From IMG/VR virus record IMGVR_UViG_3300009011_000012, positions 25,474 through 89,473 of that record: 64,000 nucleotides of DNA; one strand, 5' to 3'. This document shows, piece by piece, positions 57,101-64,000 of this stretch; within the stretch, counting starts at the first letter, position 1; each line of letters opens with the position of its first letter. Below the pieces are notes generated by a model that made no database searches, was not told the origin of the DNA, and was given only the letters and a program-made list of their open reading frames with translations. The DNA comes from a virus. The position numbers and the translations under genes are program-made.

Positions 57101-60100
57101 TTGACCACCTTGCTGGTGCGGGTGCTGACCAGGCCACCAACCTCATCTTCTTCAGCCTCTTCAGCGTCATCAGCCTCTTTGCCACCAGCTACAGCAGGGA
57201 GTGAAGCTGAAATGGCATTAACAGCCCCCTCATTATCCAGCGGAAACTGGAACGTAATGGCACCGGCGTATAGGTCCGGATCAATGGCGACCTTATCCAT
57301 ATCTCTTATGATCGAGAATATAAAATCGTCCGGCTTCTCATTCGGCCCCTTGATGCGCATCATTTGGGTTGTCGTGCCGTCCGCAGCTTTGACATCTATC
57401 GTTTCTGTTTGGCTACTGAGTTCCTGTGCACGCTTACGCAGTTCCTCATAAGCTTCCTGCTGAGCCTGCGTCATAGGGATCTGAATCGTGCGCTCTTCGA
57501 TATCCGGTATTTTTACCGTAGCGCCAACATCTGCAGCTGTTTTAAGCGTGGTCCATCTGTGGAAAATACCGCGCAAGCCATCAAGGTTCTGGAAACCTAC
57601 CAGCCCTTGCTTCTCTTCAACTTCACCAGAGATTTTCTGTACCTGAACCGTCTCGGTCTTACCGAACACACGTACAAAGTCATCCGGGGTAATGATCCCC
57701 ATTTTCAGCCAATCGGCCTGTGGAATGACGGTCGACAACATGTTGAAAGCATCGATAGGGCTATTAACCAGGGGAGTGGCGGTAAGCATCACAACACCAC
57801 GCCCTTTGTTTCGATCCATCATGTACGCAGCTTTAACGGCCATATCGCGGGCCATTTTGGAAACAGCTGGACTTGGTAAGTATGCAAGCTGGCCTGCTTC
57901 GCGCCCGGCACCAAAGGAATTGCGGTAATTGTGTCCCTCATCAGCGATTACGCTGTCGAAGTTCATATCTTCAAAATATGGAACGTTTTGCTTTTTGGTC
58001 GTGCCGGTATCAGCTGCACGGTCCTTGATTTTATTCTTCTTTTGCGCGTCACGGTGCTTGCCAGAAGCAAGATCTAAACGCCCCATCTCAGCGGCATTAA
58101 AAACGGCCTGCTGCGAGTTTTTTTCTATGGTGTCATCACGTAACGGAATTGAGGCAAACTGCTCTTTAGTCATCACAACCATTCGCAAGTTGGAGGACGG
58201 GATGATGTTGAGCCGCTGTGCGATAGTGGCGCTGCTTGACTCTTTGACGACGTTGCGGAACAGCTGCTGGCCTTTGCTATTTATTTTAGGCTGACCATCT
58301 TCATCGAGCACCGGCGCAGTAAGTGCTTTACCCTCACCATCCAACACCTCATCCAAACCGACGAACATCATGCCGTTAAAGGCTTCAGCACTGTAGAAGC
58401 TGCGCGCTTCGTGGTACCAGTTTTGATAAACAGCCTTAGGCACTACAATGCAGGTTCGTTTGGTGCGGCCCGTCTCGAAGTTATATGCTTCCAACGCTAG
58501 CGCTGTCGTTGTTTTACCCAGCCCGGTACCGAACCCCATGATCCCACGCCCATCTTCAGAAAGGCGGCGCACCTCCTCGTTCTGATACGTCAGTGGCAGC
58601 CTTTCACCACTAATGCCTTCCAGACCCAAAGGCGCGCTGGAATGCGCAAACGGAATATAACCATTGAAGGCATTGTTATAATCGCGAGCTATCTCATCAG
58701 CTTGCGGGTGGGTGCGTAACCAGTCATTAAAAGAGGTTTCCAGTTGGCCGATTTTATCGAGGTATTCATTGGCGTTCTGGCCACGTGGTTTGACGCCGTT
58801 CAGATAGTTTTCGAGCTGGTTCAGGAATCCGTCTTTGTTGTTAGCCTTTTTGAACTCGTTACCTGTCCGGCCTGTAACGGTACGCATCTGATAGCCGGTA
58901 AATACTCCGTCTTTTCCTTCGTAGTCATCCGGGGATATCAGAATTCCGTCTTCAACTTCGAGATCTGAGGATGTGTATTTAAACTCGTCGTAACCCTGTG
59001 TCGCGAGGAATTCTTTAATCAGACGGCGATCCAGCCAGCGCGCGTTAAGATTTACAGTCACCTTATTTAACGGTGTAAATTCACGCTTTTCTTCGATCAA
59101 AGCTAATTGACGTTCGAAGTTGGCTTTTTGCTCGCCAGTGGCACTGTCACGCCAAGCAATAAGCGCGGCGACCTTGGTAGTGATATCGCCGCTGGTGGCG
59201 CGCCCGATAGGAAGTAAGCAACCATACCCATCGAGAGCAATATCGGGGAATCTCGCCAAATACTCCAGCGCGTCCTCGTCTGAAGCAGGTAATTCACCGG
59301 CGAAGACTTCGCGGAAGTGCTCAAGGGTGATCGGCATGAGTGCCACATCACTGAATAAATGCGCTACAACCTGTTCTGGCTTGGTGAAATCGATACCCGC
59401 AGCGCCTTCGGTAACATCAAGGCGGCCGGCCAGTAGATCCGAGTTGGTACCGTCTTTCTGGACGTTCCCCGCAAAGGTCATCCAGTTTTTTGCACCGGCA
59501 TCGGTAATGTCACCTAATTTCACCGCATGTGGAGGGCCGTACTTCGCAACTTCATCGGCAGTCAACCGGGCAGCATCGGCTAATTCGTCATCGCTGCTCA
59601 CACCCAAGTTGCGTAGATCAAGCGCCCTGTTTATTAACTGCCCAATTAGAGCGCCTCGCATAATTCGCTCACGATCACCTTCTCGTTGCTTCTTGGCAAA
59701 GCGAATCATCGCGCTAACGTCTTCATCAATAGCACGCGGATAATCTGCTGCAACGGCAGAGATTTGCGCCCAAGACAGCGACAAGATACCCTTCACTGAT
59801 TTGAAGGCGGTCTGCAGATCACCGAAACTGCCAGCACCGTACTTTTGTGCGTCCAGGCGGGAATTGCTCGTGGTGGAATCTTTATGCCAGTGGATACCGT
59901 CAAACTCATGCCAGACGTCTCCGACTAGGCGCTTATCACCGGGCTTTGCTCCTTGCCACGCAGGTGTTACTACTCCCAGTGAATCCCAGTCGATACGGCT
60001 ATCAAAACGACGGGACAACGCAGTTTTCATCGACTCGTTTGAAACCCTGCCGTCCTTCTTGACCACCAGCGTATTACGGAAGCTGGCGCGATCCATATCG

Positions 60101-61068
60101 CCATAAACAAATCGGCTACCTTCCGGCGAAATAAACCACTTCCCTTTTACGAAAGTGTCCCAAAGCACGTTAGCGGATTGCAACTGCGCATCGCTGCTGT
60201 CAATTATGAGCTCGGCAAATTCCTCCGGATGTTTTCGTAAGACCCAGACGTCAACAACCGTGTCGGTACCGGATTCGGAGAACGTGCCAGATGGCATTCG
60301 ATGGGCACCCAAGAATTCCGCTTTTCTACTGACTTTATCGCGTAGCTTTTTGTATTTATTCCCATCTGTCATGCCGTTGGGCACCACCAGCACCACGAGC
60401 CCGCCTGGCTTCACCTTATCGATGGTGCGCAGTACGAAATAGTTCCCCACGTTCTTTTCATTTGCATAAGCCGGATCAAGACCAGCCACCCCAGAGCGGC
60501 CATCACCGAAAGGTACGTTACCGACAGCATGATCGTACATAGCGTCTTTTGCCGCTAACGCTTCGAATGGACCGATATTCACCGCATCTTCCGGGTGCAG
60601 CAACTGATTGATTCGGCCAGATATAGGAGAGAGTTCGGCACTGGTCATTACCATGCCTTGCTTTTTTGTTTCCTGGAAAATGCCGGTACCAGCAGACGAT
60701 TCCAGCACATGCCCGCCACCAATCCCATAATCAGAGAACAAGTCCCAGATGCCCTCAGCCATAAACTGAGGTGTGTAATATTCGTATTGGCTGCCTTCGC
60801 CATCGTTAAGGCCACCTTCCCCGGTATAGCCTGCAAGTATCTGCCTTTGCTCATCAGTCAATTGACTGCCATCAAAACCGGGAGGAAGCGAATGAAGAAG
60901 AGCTACGGCTGCGCTGTTCGCGGCGCGGCGGGTTGTTTGAATACTAACGCCATCAACCTTAGTGACGCCGAAACTGGCTTTTAAGCGCGGTTTATGTAAT
61001 CGACTGACGATCTCGATAAGCCGGTCAACGCTTTTGGCATCGTTAATCGTTTCGAGTAAATGATCCAA
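54190..61068 (-). CDS. darB: Defence-against-restriction protein DarB (methyltransferase plus SF2 helicase)
   Basis: EYYTP, SAGTG, GNVPF; GTGLGKT, DEGH, TATP, QRNGRGAR. Confidence 0.95.
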   Translation of the reverse strand: MDHLLETINDAKSVDRLIEIVSRLHKPRLKASFGVTKVDGVSIQTTRRAANSAAVALLHSLPPGFDGSQLTDEQRQILAGYTGEGGLNDGEGSQYEYYTPQFMAEGIWDLFSDYGIGGGHVLESSAGTGIFQETKKQGMVMTSAELSPISGRINQLLHPEDAVNIGPFEALAAKDAMYDHAVGNVPFGDGRSGVAGLDPAYANEKNVGNYFVLRTIDKVKPGGLVVLVVPNGMTDGNKYKKLRDKVSRKAEFLGAHRMPSGTFSESGTDTVVDVWVLRKHPEEFAELIIDSSDAQLQSANVLWDTFVKGKWFISPEGSRFVYGDMDRASFRNTLVVKKDGRVSNESMKTALSRRFDSRIDWDSLGVVTPAWQGAKPGDKRLVGDVWHEFDGIHWHKDSTTSNSRLDAQKYGAGSFGDLQTAFKSVKGILSLSWAQISAVAADYPRAIDEDVSAMIRFAKKQREGDRERIMRGALIGQLINRALDLRNLGVSSDDELADAARLTADEVAKYGPPHAVKLGDITDAGAKNWMTFAGNVQKDGTNSDLLAGRLDVTEGAAGIDFTKPEQVVAHLFSDVALMPITLEHFREVFAGELPASDEDALEYLARFPDIALDGYGCLLPIGRATSGDITTKVAALIAWRDSATGEQKANFERQLALIEEKREFTPLNKVTVNLNARWLDRRLIKEFLATQGYDEFKYTSSDLEVEDGILISPDDYEGKDGVFTGYQMRTVTGRTGNEFKKANNKDGFLNQLENYLNGVKPRGQNANEYLDKIGQLETSFNDWLRTHPQADEIARDYNNAFNGYIPFAHSSAPLGLEGISGERLPLTYQNEEVRRLSEDGRGIMGFGTGLGKTTTALALEAYNFETGRTKRTCIVVPKAVYQNWYHEARSFYSAEAFNGMMFVGLDEVLDGEGKALTAPVLDEDGQPKINSKGQQLFRNVVKESSSATIAQRLNIIPSSNLRMVVMTKEQFASIPLRDDTIEKNSQQAVFNAAEMGRLDLASGKHRDAQKKNKIKDRAADTGTTKKQNVPYFEDMNFDSVIADEGHNYRNSFGAGREAGQLAYLPSPAVSKMARDMAVKAAYMMDRNKGRGVVMLTATPLVNSPIDAFNMLSTVIPQADWLKMGIITPDDFVRVFGKTETVQVQKISGEVEEKQGLVGFQNLDGLRGIFHRWTTLKTAADVGATVKIPDIEERTIQIPMTQAQQEAYEELRKRAQELSSQTETIDVKAADGTTTQMMRIKGPNEKPDDFIFSIIRDMDKVAIDPDLYAGAITFQFPLDNEGAVNAISASLPAVAGGKEADDAEEAEEDEVGGLVSTRTSKVVKTAVTTYPNHVELRASISLESDILKAIAAAGISMQLVSHPVPPKYAALIENLREGLTRGKQIVFIDEKAQHQKLRRIIAGALQLPEAEIGIINATTVSQAGGVKLKKVKRPSEPTANKDGEYKDGAWESYYSKLALYEDYVSAKNDAGLEGMEGIAADYNEGRTRIIICNKKAEVGINLHIGTTDIHHLTLPWTPASIDQRNGRGARVGSPQEKVNVHYYCGKGTFDDFRLDTLKRKKDWIKMVMTSDLSEVTNGDADDADERAVMLAANPDERRAIMERQARERDERIKAKAVREANNALDSYLKAANAAGKDVSQMEAELVSLQERAEKTQLSLDRLIASGTNRNGQKSTVDVLRDQKKRVRELRFAISRAKDADTTMKRSRGDIERAIKSGVLDIDIDVVQNPHDYVRTAKNVLLHKGSYYRAVIDESRDLTAIVRITAIEAESEEYQCRIAWLDKDTYSSRSPGSTVKLLFSSVLEPVTFEEGIAESRERAASGVESQHLSATLNVDQFYDAIRNDVMTVTGPSRGGWSGPEKIHYWPFREKSGALAIAYIPDGKFSNSGRRRKDEDAIEAEQWIYPNINDEALKREITQHQSGDDAFQANEIEGFLRALFGMQYDRAMEPYGKQASMDDVTSIFDSWMTSRELDGRSLNSVTIEDLRSLFRKPSGEGLEAFWKGIITNRQFRAQMKDFSNSFDIDRMFEQVRDSRITHKIQQTKLGLVEWRNALYQQYLALSDSEAWAQLDSAAKQEIHGAQSTVTNADNPLESPATVWIKIGALIHAFEAKYITADDFADSVAVNRLVGMAIGHAKRLKAGEYVNDLPATLQGASWEDYVSLKNGGANEDEIRAVLEAQESAREQQAIDASDAADAAAEADFTITVNENPIRGRARVRGRWWSVSEDAGAVYLIADVPGSSTIRKAKDAIKGIGGKFWNFEVNPVADIDLDRPAWMVSTRYSIDEVRKIIAEAA

Positions 61069-61223
61069 AGGTAATATCCCTCACATCCAGATATGCCGCG
61101 TGGTGCGGCGTGAATGTGAAGGGTATTGAGTGTGTTATTTCGGTAGGGTGGGAACCACACTTTTACGGCGAAATCACAACCTCGGCAACATGACAGCTCC
61201 ATTTAATAGATTGGAGTTTTTTC

Positions 61224-61709
61224 ATGTCAAACATCGAACCTCGTTGGCTGATTGAAGGTCGCAAGCACATTGGCCTTGCCGAAATCCACGGGCCGAAACA
61301 TAACCCTGAAATTTTGCAATTCTGGCGCGACATTAAGCGCGGCGGGATTAAGGATGACGAAACGCCATGGTGTGCCGCTTTCACCGGTGCAATGTTGGAG
61401 CGAGTTGGTATTCGCTCAACTCGTTTTGAGTCTGCAAAGTCTTACCTCGACTGGGGCGAAAAGCTTGACGCGCCTATCTATGGGTGTGTTGTTGTGTTCA
61501 CCCGCAGCGGCGGCGGTCATGTCGGTTTTGTAGTAGGCAAACGTCCGAATGGAGATCTCCTGGTTCTCGGCGGAAATCAGTCAGATGCAGTCAACATCCG
61601 TGCTTTTTCGACTGAACGCGTTACCGGTTATCGCTGGCCAACTGGCGAACCACGCACCACTCAAGCGCTACCAACTGGTGATGCAGCATTATCCACGAAC
61701 GAAGCCTAG
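61224..61709 (+). CDS. TIGR02594/NlpC-P60 peptidoglycan hydrolase, probable endolysin
   Basis: DDETPWCAAF, GHVGFV, LGGNQSD; late-promoter motif upstream. Confidence 0.85.
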   Translation: MSNIEPRWLIEGRKHIGLAEIHGPKHNPEILQFWRDIKRGGIKDDETPWCAAFTGAMLERVGIRSTRFESAKSYLDWGEKLDAPIYGCVVVFTRSGGGHVGFVVGKRPNGDLLVLGGNQSDAVNIRAFSTERVTGYRWPTGEPRTTQALPTGDAALSTNEA

Positions 61710-62623
61710 CCCTTATTCCCCCTGAACCCGGGGGGAATACTCCAGTTTCTTTCTTCAAACTCTGATCGCATACCACGCTTCTTGGCGTATTCCATAGCCT
61801 CGTGAATAGTGCACGACGAAGGCATGCCGTCAAATTCACCTATCGACATTTGATCGTGTGACATCCGCGACCTGCGAGCAGGCGCACCCTTTAGCCAGGC
61901 GAATTTCTTTGCCAACTTCTCAGCTTGCGCATGTATCAGTTTCTGCGCCGCATAGCGTTTATCAAGACGGTGTTTGTCAGATCGGGCTTTTGCTGCAGCC
62001 ATCTCGGCGAACACCTCGTCTTCCGGAACGGCGGAATTCCCTTCTGGTAGAACCTTATTAATTTTATCCACAGCTGGAGAGGCCGAAGGCTTCTCCAAGC
62101 ATGGTCTTTTTATTCTTTTATCAGATGGTTTAGTCTTCTTTTCTTTTGTCCGATCAGCATGATCAGACCGTGACTGATCATGCTGATCGGACCGGAAATC
62201 CTTACAAGGAAGCCCGGAAAAGACCATTTTAGCAATAGTCCTTAACCGTGGTGACTCGTTAAAAATGGAGATAGATTTCTCTTTGCATGCAATAGCTATT
62301 TGCTTTGCCATTTCAAGGAATGAATTCGAGAACTGGTATCGGTTGCTGCCGTTCTTGCGCGCTGAATCATACGTGCGCGTCTTTACCAAAATTCCGCACT
62401 TAACAGCTGCAGAAATCGCCCTCCTCACCGTGCCTTCGCTGGTATTTGTCATTCGAGCGATGTAAGGGTAGGAATTTTTGAACATATAGAGATCAGTTGA
62501 CGCGGCAAGATTGCCCATCGCACTGATGATGTTGCAATGGGTCTGACTTAAAAGTGGGCAACAGCGAATGATTTTTTCAAAACCAAAACCTGAGAAAAAA
62601 TCTGAATAGTTATTCTTAGCCAT
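61706..62623 (-). CDS. repL: Lytic replication initiator RepL-like
   Basis: HTH (SYPYIA...SEGTVRRAI...GIL), SNRYQF, IPPGFRG end, internal GATC repeat. Confidence 0.75.
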   Translation of the reverse strand: MAKNNYSDFFSGFGFEKIIRCCPLLSQTHCNIISAMGNLAASTDLYMFKNSYPYIARMTNTSEGTVRRAISAAVKCGILVKTRTYDSARKNGSNRYQFSNSFLEMAKQIAIACKEKSISIFNESPRLRTIAKMVFSGLPCKDFRSDQHDQSRSDHADRTKEKKTKPSDKRIKRPCLEKPSASPAVDKINKVLPEGNSAVPEDEVFAEMAAAKARSDKHRLDKRYAAQKLIHAQAEKLAKKFAWLKGAPARRSRMSHDQMSIGEFDGMPSSCTIHEAMEYAKKRGMRSEFEERNWSIPPGFRGNKG

Positions 62624-62871
62624 TGTTTTTCCCCATAATCAGCACGTAACTGGTGAAGAAAAACGCAGAATTTGATGAGCGGATATTGCGCGATGATCGG
62701 GGGATGGTATAATTGCACATGTTTTATTTTGATACTTCCGTGGTGGTTTGTTCGAAATGAAACAGTCCAGTTCCTTCTTACCTTTCGCCGGGTATGGAAC
62801 TGTTCAGTATTATGTTGTTTGACATTAGTTGAATGACTCCCGGTTTAGGCTGCAACCCTTATCCGGTACAG

Positions 62872-62899
62872 AAAAGTCGCCCTGCAAGGCGACTTTTTT
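62872..62899 (+). terminator. Intrinsic terminator (possibly bidirectional)
   Basis: AAAAGTCGCC-CTGCAA-GGCGACTTTTTT. Confidence 0.8.
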
Positions 62900-63021
62900 G
62901 TTTTTGTCCACCGCTAATGCCTCACCTGATCCAGGTGATCAACGTGGCCGATCCTACCCTATTTCTTTTCGATTAATCAACAGTGCATCTTTATACAGTA
63001 CATTAGAAAATGACCATTTGA

Positions 63022-64000
63022 TTACTTACTAATGAACATAAGCGGTGTGCCTTTAGGTTTTTCTGCAGTGACCAGCTTATCCCTTTGGGCTGAAGGTATA
63101 GGAAGGCCATAGGTTGCGCTTGCACCCAGCGATTCCAGCATTGCTGCTACGATCGTTGCATCCTCTTCAGTTTCCATCCGACAAAGAGCCTGGCGCTGTT
63201 CAGCACTAATAAACAACGGCATGGATTGTATGGCGTCACGTAAAATACGACGGCATTTGCGTGCGTTCTCACCCTGGCTTTCTAACATTAAGTTGTTGTC
63301 GGCCAGCTGGTTCTTCAGGCGCTCAACCTCCATATCGCGCAACATCAAGGATGTCTCAAGGGCAGAGTTATATTCAACCGCTTCAAACATGGCCTGGTTC
63401 GAACGCATTGAATCGAAATGATGGATCAAGTCTGTTGCGGCGTTTTCACTAAAGCCCTGTTCCACCAGCTCAGCGTGCATAAGCAACCGGCTCTCTTCCG
63501 ATGATTCAAGCATCAGAGATTTTTTATCCAAGCTGATGTAGTTCGGAACTGTTACATAATCGAATCCATGGAAAGAATTAACGAGAGAAACCGCACCATC
63601 CGGTCCGTGCGTTGCCCACGACCAACCACCGGCATTGGAGTTGATCATCCCCTGCACAATTCGTCCGGGGTCTGTGTCTAAAATCTCCTGGGTGTGAGTA
63701 ATGATGCCGTTATCATCAATGCTCACCTCTACTGTTCGGTTGGAAGGAACGTTATCTAGCACCACGGGCTTTCCGTCCACCATCACTACAGTAACCTCCG
63801 GTAAATTGAGGCTTTTCGACTTTTTGTAGTGCATCGCGCGGCGACCATGCCCGTAATACCCAAACATTTCCCCAAGCGCCATACGTTCCTGAGTTTCCGC
63901 CGCATTGAATGTCTTTCTGACAGATTCAATGACGTAATTGCGCTCATTTTGTGGGGTGTGTTTACGGATTTTCTCAACGAGGGAGAATCGATCCGTAACC
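63022..64000 (-). CDS. pro: Prohead protease Pro (start lies just beyond the window)
   Basis: Frame is open to the window end (VTDRFSL...); GYYGHGRR, GGWSWA, GFDYV..PN. Confidence 0.88.
   Translation of the reverse strand, partial: VTDRFSLVEKIRKHTPQNERNYVIESVRKTFNAAETQERMALGEMFGYYGHGRRAMHYKKSKSLNLPEVTVVMVDGKPVVLDNVPSNRTVEVSIDDNGIITHTQEILDTDPGRIVQGMINSNAGGWSWATHGPDGAVSLVNSFHGFDYVTVPNYISLDKKSLMLESSEESRLLMHAELVEQGFSENAATDLIHHFDSMRSNQAMFEAVEYNSALETSLMLRDMEVERLKNQLADNNLMLESQGENARKCRRILRDAIQSMPLFISAEQRQALCRMETEEDATIVAAMLESLGASATYGLPIPSAQRDKLVTAEKPKGTPLMFISK

Noticed and set aside
54190-61068. Giant MTase-helicase as a new defence system
   Set aside because: It is DarB in its usual darB-ulx context.
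1-64000. IS elements, integrons, resistance genes, rRNA
   Set aside because: No transposase, integron integrase or resistance motifs were recognised; the only recombinase is the Dre-like enzyme.

Overview
A 64-kb segment of a P1-family phage-plasmid of the D6 type from an enterobacterial host. It carries a P1-like RepA iteron replicon, P7-like ParABS and a second ParMR-type partition locus, and P1-like head, tail and baseplate genes. Also present are spanins, dmt, rdgC, HigBA, mat, a C4/icd immunity locus, ref, a Dre-like recombinase with a rox-type site, C1 repressor, terminase (pacAB), lpa, tRNA-Ile2, darB, an NlpC/P60 endolysin, repL and pro. All gene calls rest on motifs, synteny and recalled P1/P7/D6 proteins; no database search was run. 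The best candidates for new biology are four. (1) A -1 frameshift at the end of the major capsid gene adds the N-terminal segment of an Ig-like (Big_2) fold, and the next gene encodes a circularly permuted Big_2 protein. Together they suggest a strand-complemented Ig polymer anchored on the capsid. (2) A locus absent from the ORF track has two tandem Ldr/Fst-like peptides, an antisense sRNA and tandem NrdR-like boxes over the promoter. (3) A roughly 2-kb region has tRNA-like RNAs punctuated by RNase III-type stems, including a tRNA mimic with extra arms. (4) The repressor-operator and late-promoter motifs can be read directly from the sequence and differ from those of P1.
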